The translations under genes and the position numbers were made by a program. Under the pieces are notes generated by a model that ran no database searches, had not been told where the DNA came from, and saw nothing but the letters and a program-made list of their open reading frames with translations. A stretch of 64,000 nt of DNA from Eledone cirrhosa. Its lineage: Eukaryota. The stretch is from the NCBI GenBank assembly GCA_964016885.1, contig OZ024743.1:144026001-144090000 (forward strand), in the 5' to 3' direction. Every line of letters starts with the position of its first letter. Within the stretch, counting starts at the first letter, position 1. Positions 26,000-40,325 of this stretch are shown piece by piece.

Positions 26000-26281
26000 C
26001 GTTTTTTTTTTATTGTATTGTGGTAAGGTCATTTTAACTTATAGCACTCATGCACTGTTATATTCATTTATATATATATAATCATCATTTAATGTCCATT
26101 TTCTTAGACCATTCCAGTTATCAAACCGGTTTGGTAAAGGCACATATCTCTTGGGCCTCAAGTCACTGGAATGGTTTCACAGTTATAATAAATTATATAT
26201 CACCACTCATTTATTGAGTTTTGTTTCTCGCATTTGTACTATCAGACCTAAACACACACACACACACATCAAAATATGTTG

Positions 26282-26422
26282 CAGTCTTGAGCAAACTGCG
26301 GCCCATTTTGGTTTCTGAATGGCACATTTCAAAATTGCCTTGAATTTTTTGGTAGTCCGGCCTGCCTTATGTTGAACCACATCCTATGTGACCCACTGCT
26401 CAAAAAAGGTTCCCCATACCTG
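26282..26422. mobile_element. Decayed hAT-Charlie-type MITE
   Basis: 5' CAG..GCAAACTGCGGCCC and 3' AAAAAGGTTCCCCATACCTG termini; no TSD seen. Confidence 0.45.
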
Positions 26423-27069
26423 GTATTTTTTGTTATCCATATATATATTGCATTATATAAATTTTTTTCTACAATTTCCATACACTAAACTACTGGATTC
26501 AATGCACCAACTACTGAATATAGTGAATGGATTTTAAAAAAGAAATTATTTCTTCTTCAGTAGTTCAACATGAGACTATAAATATCTTTCCAATGTTTCC
26601 CTCAAATCTTTTGTATTAATTATTTGAAAAAAAAAAATGTTATTGTGATCAAGGAAAATAAAGTTCCTTTTACCAATACCGGTGACTGTGTGTCTGTGTG
26701 TATGTTTGTGTGGAGGAGTGGATGTAAAAAAAGCGATATATATTATTATAACGGCGAGTTTAGGAGGAACGTTGTAGATGGAGAAAATGATGTAAATCAA
26801 GTTGAAGACTCTCTCTCTCTCTCACATAATATATATGTAAGGTGGTCATTTTGGTGACAGAAAAAATGTACCCAGTCCAACCTGTAAGGTGGTTGTGTTG
26901 GTGACATGACAAAAAGTACCCTGTCCCTCTTGTAAGCGCCCAGTTCACCCTGTAAGGTGGTCATTTCAGTGCCATGATACAAAGCACTCAGTCTGCACTG
27001 TAACGTGGTTGGTGTTAGGAAGGACATCTAGCCATAGAAACCATACCAAATTACAGAGCCATATGAGCA

Positions 27070-27319
27070 TAACCTACTAATATAACCACCTGGTAAAGAA
27101 AAGGGTGGTTATATCCATAGTTGGTGAAGCACTCAGTCTAAAGGACGAGATCGGTATAGAGTTAGTTCCACAACAAATTAGCAAACCAAACTCGAGAATA
27201 CGCATTTCACCAAACAGATTTTCAACCCATCTATGGCTGCCGTGAGAATTGATATAAATCTGTCCAGTGAAATGTGTGTCCTCGAGTATTGTTTGCTAAT
27301 TTGTTGTGGAATTAACTCT
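27070..27319 (-). mobile_element. Fold-back element (arms span 27158-27319, centred on TTTC..GAAA) plus tail
   Basis: Imperfect ~60-bp inverted arms; GCACTC..GAG tail motif at about 27129-27148, as at 21031. Confidence 0.6.
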
Positions 27320-27649
27320 CTCTCTCTCTATCTATCTATACACACACACACATATATGGGCATGCAATAATAATTTTACATTTGTTTTCCATGTGGGAAT
27401 GGATTAGACTGGCCTGATCACTCTGGTTTAAATGAAATTATGTATATTTACAAACAGCATAAATCAGAAAAAATAGTGAATATTCTTCTTAACCATTTAC
27501 TGGTACCAGTCAACCAAAATACATATAATATACAATAAAGACCACTGTACTACATATATGGTGCCACTCCATCAGTAAATATTTGTTGTTATTTATATAC
27601 CCTTAATTCTACAACCCAACATTAACATCTGTTATATATATATATATAT

Positions 27650-27692
<43 letters not shown>

Positions 27693-28869
27693 CATTGGGT
27701 GGGTGGGTTTATCTGCTAACACACACATATATATATGTGTGTGTCCTTTTACTACTTTTAGTTATTAGACTGTAGCCATGCTGGGTGACTTCATTGAAAG
27801 TAATTTACCCAACCATTGCAACCCCAGTACTTATTTTTTCAAGTCAGGTATACATTTTTTGGATCTCTTTTTGTTGAATAGCAAAACCACAGGACATAAA
27901 CACAGATGCAAATGTTTACATGAACACACACACATACATATATAAACTTGTGTTGAAACATCCATCTTAACCCTTTTGATACCAAACTGCCTGAAACTGT
28001 CCTTGTTTTTTTGACACAAAACTGTTTTTAAATGTTTTTATTTATCTAAAGACTTATCATTTTATATATGAACCATTATGTTCAAATCACTAACTTAATG
28101 ACAAAGTTTGTTATATTACTAAGTCCCTCCAAATTCTTGATCATTTTTCAAAATTATTTGAAAATCTTTGGCAGCATGTTTCATTAGGAATATGATAAGG
28201 ATATGATTAAACACTTAGTATTATGTCTATTATGTAAATATAGGAATGGTGAATTCTAAGATGTCAAGATGACCTTCTGACCTTTAAAATATTGAACTAG
28301 TTATTCTATCTACTAAACATGTTTATTATTTATAAGACTTGTTGTTTTGGGGCTATATTATGCCAATTAATGACATTGTTCTGTATATGTGTATGATTTG
28401 TATGTTTAGTCTGTGTATACAGTGTAATGTAGAAGACAAAGCAGGACCGTATGGTTAAGAGGTTCACTTAACAATCGCTAGGTCCCAGGTTCGATTCGAC
28501 TCCATGGCACCTTGTGCAAATGGCATTTGCCATGGCCATGAGTCAACTGAAACCTTATGAGGGAAATTGTTTAGAAACCTGTCAGATGGACAGTACTTGG
28601 AATTCAAAAGGGCAGCCTTGTCATACATTCCCATACTGAATCTCCCTGAGAATTACGTTAGTGGTACAGTTTTCTACTCTAATACAAAGCCCCCTCCTCT
28701 CCATACACACACACACACACACCGTGGCCAGTTTGAACAGGAGATGGTGTCTTGTAAGTCATTTAACATGGGCCTACAATTTTTAGGAGTTACCAACTTA
28801 TTTCGAGTTTTAGTTCTTTTATTTTGTTCTGTTACTTGTAAGTGTATCATGTACATTCCATGTACAAAT

Positions 28870-29170
28870 ATATTCTTATCTGGCCTGAGCCTATTAACAG
28901 CTTTAAGGATCTACATTTCTTATCTGGCCTGGGCCTATTAACAGCTTTAAGGATCTATCTACATTTCTTATCTGGCCTGGGTCTATTAACAGCTTTAAGG
29001 ATCTACATTTCTTATCTGGCCTGGGCCTATTAACAGCTTTAAGGATCTACATTTCTTATCTGGCCTGGGCTTATTAACAACAGTGGGGTTTTACATTTCT
29101 TATTTGTCTTGGGCTTATTTTTTGTCTGCCTTGGACCTTTTACCAGCATTAGGGGGCCTACATTTCTATC
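28870..29170. repeat. 44-bp minisatellite, about 4.5 good and 2 decayed units
   Basis: Unit ATTTCTTATCTGGCCTGGGCCTATTAACAGCTTTAAGGATCTAC; no unique spacers. Confidence 0.9.
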
Positions 29171-29217
29171 TGGCTAGGGTATCTTACCATATTTGCACAA
29201 CCCTGCATGCACACGCG

Positions 29218-29290
<73 letters not shown>

Positions 29291-30069
29291 GCATGTTTTG
29301 ATTATTAATTTTCTCTTTCTTTATTGAGGGTTATAGAAATAAAAGATATAAACTTATTGACCATTAGCATATTCTTTGTTACAAATCATCAGCATCCTTA
29401 AGTAACCCTTTTGATACTCAACTGCCTGTAACCACTCCTGGTTCTCTTATGCAAATCTGTTTATTCAAAAATTTATCACGCCCACCACCACCATCATCAT
29501 CATCATCATCATCATTACCGCCCACCACCACCATCATCATCATCATTTTTACACCCTTTTCCATGCTGGCATAGGTTAGATAAAATGTTTTGGGACAATG
29601 TTTTACAGCTGGGTGCTATTTCTGATGCCAACCCTTTTTGTCACCTCATATGACATGCAGGGACATGATTTATGTATTCTAAAAACCAGGATACACACAG
29701 CATGAATTAAATATTTATCTAAAAAACTTCCATCATAACTTTATATAAAAACCTTGATCAAGTTATGTTCCAAATTTAGTTATATTACTAAATCGCTCCA
29801 AATTTTTCACTATTTTAAAAATTATTTGAAAATCATAGGCAGTAAAAAATCTGCATTAAGACAATTAACTTTATACTAGCATACATTCAAATATTCATAA
29901 TTCACTCAATACTTTGTAAATCTACGATTGTTTATAAACAATTTTGAATTATAGAACCAAAAGCAGTTTCAAACAATTTGTTTTCAAAAGGGCTCACCAA
30001 TTCATTGAATACCTTGCATTCATGCAGATAACACCACTGATTGATCTTAACTGATAACACCACTTGGCT

Positions 30070-30255
30070 GGAATTGGCAGTATCGGTAGAGGGTCGGATG
30101 CCATGCTTTGACGTATAGAGTTACGGCCCTTGCCATTCTGAGTTGAAATCCCGCCGAAGTTAACTTTGCCTTTCATCCTTACGGGGTCGATAAAATAAAG
30201 TACCAGAAATGCACTGGGTAATTGCTGGCCTTGTGCTAAAAGTAGAAACAATTAT
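30070..30255 (+). mobile_element. SINE family A copy
   Basis: Match to 312-500. Confidence 0.8.
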
Positions 30256-30659
30256 TTTATAAAGTTCAGAACAATTGGAGGACATAGTCAACCTTGGTGC
30301 TATTTGAAATCAGAACCTTAATCTTTCTGATATCAAGCCACCTGAGACCACCTCTAGTTCTACAATATCAAGCTTTCTTTTTAAATGTTTATATGTATCT
30401 AGAAGCCTTATCATAACTTATGTAAGAACCTTTTTTAAGTTATGTTCCAAACATCTTAACTAGAAAGTTAATTACATTACTAAATCCCCGTAAATACTTG
30501 ATTATTTTCAAAATCATTTGTCTTTCATTAAAAATACGGTAAGAAAAGGGTTAAAGGATGTAACTAAATACCACATAGCACTTTGTCTGCTGCTTGGCCA
30601 ATTCTGTTTGACAATGTCAGTTATTGAAACTACAGTAATTGCATTGCTGATTGGTGATT

Positions 30660-30925
30660 GACTAGTTGGTTGACTGGATCAGTGACTGATTGGTTGGCTG
30701 GTTGACTGGATTAGTTGACTGGTTGGTTGGCTGGTTGACTGGATCAGTGACTGGTTGGTTGACTGGATGGGTGACTAGCTGATTGGTTGGTTCACTGGAT
30801 GGGTGACTGGTCGGTTTGTTGGTTAGTTGGCTGGATGTCTGGCTGGTTGTTTGGTTGACTGGATCTGGTTGTTTGGTTGACTGGATCTGGTTGTTTGGTT
30901 GACTGGATGGGTGAGTGGCTGGTTG
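30660..30925. repeat. Degenerate GGTTGACTGGAT-based minisatellite
   Basis: Repeated GGTTGACTGGAT separated by (GGTT)n. Confidence 0.8.
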
Positions 30926-33669
30926 ATCCTTATTGATTAACCACTCCACTACCACTACATATTATATAATAATTATGTGTTGTAAGCTGGGCTTTGTCAT
31001 TGTTGCTTGGAAACTCACAGGCTATCATTGTATCCAAATTGATTTTTTTTTTTTCTGTACATATATATTTTATAAGTTATTTGTGGGAGTTTCATATGTA
31101 GATATTAAAATAGCAAATTCATTAGAGCATCGGATTAAATGCCTCTGTATTTATTCTGCCTTTCTTCACTCTGAGTTCAAATCCTGCTGTGGCAAACTTT
31201 GCCTTCTTTTCCAGATCAATAAATATAGTAGCAGTCTAGGGACAGTGAATTGGCAGAATTGTTTTGTGTTGTATGGATTACTTTGTAGTATCGGTTCTGA
31301 CATTATGCATCCTGAGTTCAAATCCCTTGCTTTTTTCCTTTTACCATGTAATAAGACATAACTGATGCTTTACTGATTCTGCCAATCCACTGCCATCAAC
31401 TTGGAATATTATAATATTAATTTTTTTATTTAGGCACAAGGTCAGCAAATTTAGGGGAAGGGAAAAATTGATTAAATCAACCTCAGTACTGGATTGGTAC
31501 TTCAACTTCGTTTTATTGATTCAAGAAGGATGAAAGGCAAAGTTGACTTTAGCAAGATTTGAGCTCAGAATGTAAAGAGCCAGAACAAATATCACAGCAG
31601 CTTTTTATACAATGCTCTACCAATTCACAACCTTGTAATTTTGATGAGTGACTCATTTACTTTCAGTACTGATATCACTTTTTTTTTCATGTAAATATAC
31701 CTTGGGGAGCTGTCCCTATGGGAGCAGTAACTATAAGCCATCCTTCCCTTGATACACTAAAAATCATGAAGTCTTCAGCTGTGCCTTTAAACACTGGTGC
31801 CTATGAGTAACTCTTTTGTTACTATATTTAAAATGAAAGACGCTGCATATGATTTTCACATAGGTCTGAAAATAGAGAATTTGAAGGATTTTGCAGTATT
31901 ACTAACTTTCTCATTAAGTTAGTATTAGGAACATAACTTAAATGCTTTTAGATAAAATTATGATGAAAGGTTTTTAGATAAATGTAAACACCTTAAAACA
32001 AACAACTTAATATCATAGGACAGGGGTAAATGTACCCTTTATTTAATTCTCAGGGAGATTCAGTGTAACACTGTATAACAAAGATGATTTTTTGAATTAC
32101 AGGTACAGTCCATCCAGTGGATTTTTAAAATGTTTCTGTCTAACAAATTTCACTCATGAAGCTTGAGTCAACTATAGGCTATTGTAAAAAAAGACAAAGC
32201 AAAAAAAAACGCACTTATTCAAGAGACCATAGAGTGGGACTGGATCTGGGATCTCATGATAGGGAAGTGAACCTCTTAAACAATCAGCAATGCTGCATCC
32301 TTATAGTTGTTATTCTGTAAGTGACTGAATATTACATGGGGCCATACTGGTATCATGACAAAAAAACTCCAATTCACTCTGTAAGATGATATGGCTGGTA
32401 CCATGAAAAGAAAAGCACCCAATTCATGCTGTGAAGTGGTTGACATTAGGAAAGACATCCAGACATACAAAACCAAGCAAGATATGGTCACCTGTCTTGT
32501 CTAGCCTCATAATATGACAGCCCGTCTAAGGCATGCAAATGAGGAAAATAGATGTTAAACAGTGAGGAGGACATGACTATATCATTGTTATCATTTTACA
32601 TCCATAAGATGGACAATTCATTACAGACCAAGTTAGTATTCAATTAGAGCTACTGTCCTCCAGTTTATGCATTGTTTCTAATTGCTGGTTGTTCTACCCA
32701 ACACCAACCATGTTACAGTGTAGTGGGTGCATTTTCTCATAGCACCAGCACTAGAGAGGTCATCAGGTTCAATGTAACATAACGTCATATTAATTGTGAA
32801 CACAATTTGTTTGTATAGCAGTATAATGGGAAATATGAAGCGATTTAATCCTGTTGTTATTTTGATGGTAGCTATGATTGATTTGCTGTTGTTGTCTCTG
32901 TTGTATTGTTGTCAGTGTTGGTGTTCATTGTTATAGTAATGGTCTAATTTATGACCTCTACTTTTGTTGGTGCTGCTTTGTTGTTGTTGCTTTGTTGCTG
33001 CTGCTTTGTTGTTGCTGCTTTGTTGTTGTAGCTTTGTTGTTGGTGATATTTTGTTGTTTTTGTGGTGTAGTTGTTGTGTTGCTGCTGTTACTATACTGTG
33101 CAACTAATCTTAGTACTTTACCAATTGTTTATGAAACATCATTGTAATTTATTTTAGCTAAACTTCTGCACCCAATCATTATCCACATTCACTCTAGACA
33201 CCTCCCACTATACTGCCAAGACACCTCCCACTATACAGACAAGACACCTCCAACCTTTCAGCCTAGGCATCTCCCACCATGGAAGACAGACACTTCACTT
33301 ACCATCATACAACCCTGAGACCTCTCAAAATGGAAGGCAGACACTTCTCACATGCAACACAGACACTTTCCACTGTGGAAGACAGCCATCTCCAACCATG
33401 TAAACCTGAGACCTCCCACCATGGAAGACACACTTCACAGCATGTAACCCTTTAATAACATTAAATAATTGAGGAATGAATTTCCCTAAAATATGAGATT
33501 CCAGAGTTGATTTTGTCTTTCGTTCTCCCTGAGTTAGTAAAATGAATAGTTAATACATTTTCAGTGCTATTGTCCTCAGAGGCAGTTTTATCAAAAATCC
33601 ACTTTAACAGGAAACTCCTGGCCCTTCAGTCATGGGTGTAGCTTCACAGTTATATATATATATATAAAA

Positions 33670-33864
33670 ATATTCAGAACCCCAACGGCTGAGCAGCGGT
33701 CATTTCAACAGCTAGATTCAAACTCCAAGTTCAGATCTAGCTGTCGAAATGGCTGGAGCTCAGCCATTGGGGCTCTGAATCTTTTCCTATTACCCACTCT
33801 ACTAACCCAAGTATCGAGTACTCTGGTGGGTTATGGTCCACCTGGTATTTTATCACACCCTTTT
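33670..33864 (+). mobile_element. Fold-back element, family H4 (diverged copy)
   Basis: Arms about 33673-33719 and 33735-33780; tail similar to 49985-50063; TA flanks. Confidence 0.7.
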
Positions 33865-34132
33865 TGATATATATATATATATATATCATCATCACCATTT
33901 AACGACCATTTTTCCACATATATATATTTTTTTGTTATGACCATGCTGTAAAATGGAGGGGTAGAGAGGGCCCATGAGTCCAGTATGACATCCTCTCTAG
34001 TGCTGGTGGCACGAATAAAAGCACCCAGTCCATGTTGTAAAGTGGCACTGGTGTTAGGAAGGGCATCCAACCAGTGTATCAATGCCAAAACAATTATGAG
34101 CACAGCAACAAATATATAGGAACAACAAAAAT

Positions 34133-37100
34133 ATGAAGAAGTCGCATCTCAGAGTTGCAACACTTAATGTTGGCACTCTCACAGGTAGATCTGGTGAAAT
34201 AGTGGAGATGTTGGAGAGAAGGTATGTGGATGTGTGCTGCGTGCAAGAGGTGAGATGGAGAGGTGCCTCTGCGAGACTAGTCGCAGGCAAACATCTGAGC
34301 TATAAGGTTTTCTGGGTAGGTAAGGATGATGGGTTAGGAGTAGGCATTTTCCTGGCTGAGGGATGGATCAATAAGACAATAGAGGTAGTTCAAGTTAATA
34401 ATCAAATAATTAAGCTTAGATTAGTTGTAGGCAGGAGACTACTGACAATCATCTCTGCCTATGCTCCCCAAGCAGGCCTTGGCAAAGAAGAGAAAGACTG
34501 CTTTTACGAGCAACTTTTACAAACAGCCGCAATGACAGGACGGAGACATCGTTATGCTAGCAGGGGACTTCACTGGTCATGTTGGACAGCTCCAGGATGG
34601 TTAAACTGGGGTACATGGTGGGTGGGCACGGTTACAGCTCAAGAAATGAAGAAGGGGTGAGACTTCTTGAATTTTGTGATGCAAGTACACTGATTATTTG
34701 CAACACTAACTTCCTGATACCTGCCAACCACCTAATAACCTACAAATCAGGCGAGCACATAAACCAGATTGACTTCTTACTGGTTAGGCAGCGGGACAGG
34801 CAGATGATGTCAAATACCAAGGCATACCCTGGGGAAGAATGTACCCCACAGCATAGGTCAGTCGTTAGTGATATCTCAGTAAGCAAGAGATGGAATGAGA
34901 CATACAGGAAGGTGTGGAGAAGAAAGGTCTGGAAGTTAAAAGACCTTTCACTAAAATACAAATTTAGGAAAGCCCTTCAAGATGTGTATGATGAAAAAGA
35001 TGATGATTTAGAGTCGTATGACATAGATAATAACTGGAATTTCTTACGTGACAACTTACTGCAGGCTACTGATGAAACTTGTGGTTGGAGCAGAGCTCCA
35101 ACCAGATAGAGAGTGACTTGGTGGTGGAACAGCACGGTAGATATGGCCATTAGAGACAAAAGACTAGCATGGAAGGCTTGGAAAAAAGATGGGAGTAGAG
35201 AAGGATATACAGCTGCTAAGAGAGAAGCTAGATGTCAGGTGTACTTAGCACGCAGGGAGTCTGAGAGTAGGAGGTTTGCCAATGTTCTGCGACGGGAAGA
35301 TCAGAGGCATGCGGTGTCCCACATTGCAAGGCAGTGTGTCAATGCAAATCAGGATGTTGTTGGAGATAAATGTGTCCGGAATGATGCCGGTGTACTTAGT
35401 GTCACGAATGATCAGAAAAAGGAGGCCTGGAAATGTCATTATGAAAGACTGATGAATGTGGAGAACAAATGGGAGAGAGAAATTACCCTCAGTAGATTCG
35501 ACAGAGGGACCAGCTATTGAGATTGACGAATATAGGGTCCAAGAGGCGATTAAGGAAATGAAAAATGGTAAGGCTGCTGGACCGTCGGGGATAGTTGCTG
35601 AGATGCTGAAGGCATCAGGGGACGTAAGCACTAAACTGGTTGCACGCATCATCAATCAGGCTATATATGGTGGTGTCATACCCAAAGACTAGTGCAGGAG
35701 TATTCTCATAAATTGCTACAAAGGTAAAGGGGATGCTCTGGAGAGGAGAAATTATAGGGGTATAAAACTGATGGATCAGGTTATGAAAGTGGCAGAAAGG
35801 ATTTTAGCACAACTAATTAGAGAAAGGGTCAAACTAGATGAGATGCAGTTTGGTTTTGTGCCTGGGAAGAGTACAACAGATGCCCTCTTCTTGGTGAGAC
35901 AATTGCAAGAGAGGTTCTTAGAGAAGAATAAGCCACTATACTTAGCCTTTGTTGACCTAGAGAAGGCCTTTGATAGGGTACCCTGATCTGTCATCTGGTG
36001 GTCCCTAAGGAAACTAGGTGTTGAGAAATGGCTTGTGAGGACTGCAAACTTTGTACAGAGGTACTCTCAGTAAAGTCAGGGTAGGAATGGAGTTTAGTGA
36101 GGAATTCCAGATACAAGTAGGAGTGCATCAAGGTTCGGTCCTCAGCCCACTCTTGTTCATTATAGTCCTCCAAGCCATAACAGAGGAGTTTAAGACTGGC
36201 TGTCCATGGGAATTTCTCTATGCTGGCGATCTGGTTCTTATAGCAGAATCAGTAGAGGAGTTAGAGAATAAATTCTGGCTATGGAAACAGCAGTTGGAAT
36301 CAAGAGGACTGAGAGTGAATCTAGTTAAGACAAAAGTGTTGATGAGTAGAAAAGAGGACAAAACTCTGATTCCGTCAGGGAAATGGCCATGTTCGATATG
36401 CAGAAAAGGAACTGGCATAAATTCTATAAAATGCACACAATGAAGATCCTGGGTACAAAAGAGATGTATGGGATAGCAGGCAAACTAACAGGTAGGGAGA
36501 AATACTTATGCAGTAGATGTACAGGGAAATTAGACAGTAGAAGTCACATTGATAGACACATTTTTCAAATGCAGGCAGGCGCTATAGAAGTGGTGGATAG
36601 CTTCCGGTACCTAGGAGATCAGATTAGCATGGGAAGGGGGGGGGGGGTTCCGAGGTCATAGTATCTAGAATAAGGACGGGTTGGAAGAAGTTTAGGAAGC
36701 TGCTTACTCTGTTGACGAAGAAGGGTTTCTCCCTGCATACGAAAGGCCAGTTATATGATGCCTGTGTGAGGAGCGCGATGCTGCATGGTAGTGAGACATG
36801 GGCAGCAACTGCAGAGGATATGCTACAGCTGGAGAGAAATGAGGCAAGCATGCTCCATTGAATGTGCAATGTCAATGTGCGTGAAAGACCCAGCATGGAT
36901 GTGTTGAGAGAGAAACTGTCTGAGAGGGATAGAATGTAGTGTGCGAGAGAGGAGACTGCGGTGGTATGGACATGTGATGTGCATGGAGGATGACCGATGG
37001 GTGAAGAAGTGCCAGGAAATGCCAGTTGAAGGAAAACGTGGCAGAGGTAGACCACGAAAAACATGGGCAGAGGTGATGAGAACAGACCTCAGATCACTGT

Positions 37101-37215
37101 AGCTCATGGTGGAGATGACGAAGGACCGTGACAAGTGGAGGGATGCTGTGCTGAATAAGACCTGTCCCACCCTTGCAAGCAGGGAAAGGCGGATGTAAAA
37201 TGATGATGATGATGA
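34133..37215 (+). mobile_element. Near full-length RTE-clade LINE (APE endonuclease + RT), inactivated
   Basis: ATLNVGTL, CCVQEVRW, SAYAPQ, QIDFLL, QHRSV (APE); KAAGPSG, NYRGIKL, QFGF, FVDLEKAFDRVP, GVHQGSVLSP, YAGDL, FRYLG (RT); (TGA)n tail; several stops and frameshifts. Confidence 0.95.
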
Positions 37216-37619
37216 TCATCATCATCACCATTTAACAACCATTTTCCCACACTAGCATGGGTTAGATGAGTTGTCCCGTTGTGAGACAAGCCAGATCAGA
37301 TGACCGTGTCTTGCTCATACAGAACTGTTTCTCGCTTGAGATCTATGGTTGGATACCCTTTCTAACACCAACCACATTTACAGTGTGGACTGGGCACTTT
37401 TTGTTGTGTCACCAACATGACCACTTTACAGTTGGACTGGGTGCTTTTTGTTGTGGCACCAAAATGTCTACTTTCCAGTATGGGCTGGGTTGGGGGAGAT
37501 GTGTCAGTATTGGAAAGGTAGATCTAGGGTGAGGCACTTATGTGGTGTACTGATCGATCACAAAACAGATATCACATGTGAATGAGAATAATGATACTAT
37601 ATTGATACCTAGTTCCTAC

Positions 37620-37815
37620 TGGCGATGGATTGGCAGTATCGGCAGAGGGTCGAACGCCATGCTGTCCAGCATAGAGTTACATCCCTTTATTGTCTGAGTT
37701 CAAAACCTGCTGAGGTTAACTTTGCCTTTCATCCTTACGGGGTCGATAAAATAAAGTACCAGTAATGCACTGAAATAATTGTTGGCCTTGTGCCAAAAGT
37801 AGAAACAATTATTAT
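37620..37815 (+). mobile_element. SINE family A copy
   Basis: Match to 312-500. Confidence 0.8.
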
Positions 37816-38027
37816 TAACATTTTGCTTCTTAAGGATACTGACTACGGTGTAACAACAAATATACAATACTACAATGGCAACCGGGCTCACTTTGGCACT
37901 GAGTGCTGAAACTGGTGAACCAATAGTAACTAAATGTTACACATCAATAAACTATATATATATGATATCTGTGTGATGTTGACAGACACAAGAATAAGTA
38001 CTCAGTACCGAAGTAGAGTTTAAATAT

Positions 38028-38078
38028 TAATGGCTGATGATCCTGTCAGTACACAGGTGAAACTCCACAGTAACATAA
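38028..38078 (+). ncRNA. Type I hammerhead ribozyme with slightly degenerate stem I
   Basis: ATGG-CTGATGA-T-CCTGT-CAGTAC-ACAGG-T-GAA-ACT-CCAC-AGT-A-ACAT, followed by an ACTC..GAGTGT tail motif. Confidence 0.6.
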
Positions 38079-38110
38079 CTCATCACTTAGCCATAATAAA
38101 GAGTGTGTCA

Positions 38111-38448
38111 TTTCATCATCATTTCATTTTATGCCCACTTTTCCCTGCTTGCAAGAGTGGGACGGGAATTGATTCTGGCTTGATTTCTACAGCTGGATGC
38201 TCTTCCTAACACCAACCTCGTTTGCAGTGAGTGCTGGGTGCTTTTTTGCTGTGGCACCTCCACGACCACTTTACAGTGGAATGATAGGGGCCCAAGTCCC
38301 TATCATCTCATTTCTACAGCTGAGTAAACTGGAGCAATGTGAAATAAAGTGTCTTGCTCAAGGAAACAACACATCACCCGGTTTGAGAATTGAACTCACC
38401 ACCTTTCGATTGCAAGGCCAATGCTCTAACCACTAAGCCATGTGCCTC

Positions 38449-38449
<1 letters not shown>
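38111..38449 (-). mobile_element. SINE family B copy
   Basis: Reverse complement of 55629-55960. Confidence 0.85.
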
Positions 38450-38519
<70 letters not shown>

Positions 38520-38523
<4 letters not shown>

Positions 38524-38890
38524 ATCAAGGTTTACCAAATAAGAAAAAGTTTAAAAATAAATTTCAAAAAATTCACTGTACTCACTATGGTTACCTTTAC
38601 CGAATCGGTTTCGAGTCTCAAAAATAAATGGACAGTCCTTGCGGCCTTCCATTGAAAAGATAAACTCTCGTCAGAAGGTTCTTTTCACTCGGAGAATATA
38701 AAATTCCCGAGTTCAAATTACGAACTGGCGCTATTCAAAATTCTTCCCGAGATGAGAATGAATGATGTGGAAGCAATTCAGTCCAGTGCCATGTGGCTTG
38801 TTAATTTATTAACCTGCCATTGAACCACATTGGCTTATGGTTGGACAATACATGTGTCCCTGGACGCTTTTTGCGTGTAGGGATATATAC
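38520..38890 (-). mobile_element. Penelope-like 3' terminal fragment (pLTR) between (TG)n and (TA)n
   Basis: GTGLN relic resembles the GIY-YIG C-terminal GLN motif and is followed by a canonical HHR. Confidence 0.55.
38593..38679 (-). ncRNA. Type I hammerhead ribozyme, canonical core, extended stem II
   Basis: ACCTT-CTGACGA-GAGT..ACTC-GAA-ACCGA-T-TCGGT-A-AAGGT; predicted cut between 38598 and 38597. Confidence 0.88.
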
Positions 38891-38892
38891 TT

Positions 38893-38985
<93 letters not shown>

Positions 38986-39584
38986 GTGTATGTGCATGTG
39001 TGTATTGGTTTGTAATTGCAATAATCGGCATATCAAACATGGTATTTAGATCTGTTTCAATTATATCTTTTTACGTTCAGTCATGTTTTCTCTTTGGTTC
39101 ACCTTTAAATTTGATGATATAAATTTGTGAACTAATATAATCTACTAGAAATCTTTGAAGGTGATGTCCCAGTATGACTCCAGTCTATGGACTAAAGCCA
39201 ATAAGAGCACAATATGATATAATACATAATATATAGAATATAGCAGTTATAGCTGCTCTTGTCTGTGTCACACTATTGATACTACACTGCTGTAGTTGTC
39301 TTATTAAACATTCAAACTTATTGTCAACTCCTTCATAAGCTTTCTGTTGTCTACAGAATGAATTTCTTTGTTATCAATATATTTGTAGCACTCAAAGGAA
39401 ACCTCTTTCTCTGTTCCACCATCACCACCATCATCGTTGCAGTTGCTACTTCAGGTGCTACAGGTGTTAGAATGACTATTGTTTGACCGTACCATAATTG
39501 ATTCTGTTAATTTGTGTTGCCTAGGCAACCAGCGACAGTTTTACCTATAGACCTCTGTTTCAACAAGCTCCTACCTAATATATC

Positions 39585-39935
39585 ACACACCACCACCACC
39601 TTCACCACATTATCATCACCACCACCACCACCTCACTATCATCATCAACAACCTCACCACCATCACCATCATAACTACCACACCAGCACCTTCACTACAT
39701 CACCGTCACCACCACCTCGCTACCTTTCATCACAACCTCACCACCATCACAACTACCACACCACCACCTTCACCAAATCACCACATTATCATCACCACCA
39801 CCACTATCACAACTACCACATCACCACCACCACCACCACCACTATCACAACTACCACATCACCACCACCTCACTACCATCATCACCTCACTACCATCACA
39901 ACTACCACAGAACCTTCACTACATTATCATCACTA
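39585..39935. repeat. CAC/CAT-rich low-complexity tract
   Basis: Direct inspection. Confidence 0.85.
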
Positions 39936-39937
39936 CC

Positions 39938-40325
39938 AGGCACATGACTTAGTGGTTAGAGCATTGGCAATCGAAAGGTTGTGAGTTCAATTCTCAAACC
40001 AGGTGATGTGTTGTTTCCTTGAGCAAGACACTTTATTTCACATTGCTCCAGTTTACTCAGCTGTAGAAATGAGATGATAGGGACTGGGGTCCCTATCATT
40101 CCACTGCAAAGTGGTCGTGGAGGTGCCACGGCAAAAAAGCACCCAGCACTCACTGTAAATGAGGTTGGTGTTAGGAAAGGGCATCCAGCTGTAGAAATCA
40201 AGCCAGAATCAGTTCCCGTATGAGCAAGACAAGGTCAGCCGACTGGACACGACTCACAACAGGACAACCCGTCTAACCCATGCTAGCGTCGAAGAACGGA
40301 CGTAAAACGATGATGATGATGATGG
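39938..40325 (+). mobile_element. SINE family B copy (alternative 3' tail)
   Basis: tRNA-like head, same body as 55629, (TGA)n tail. Confidence 0.85.

Noticed and set aside
28870-29170. CRISPR-like array
   Set aside because: Contiguous 44-bp units with no unique spacers, no cas genes, and a eukaryotic context.
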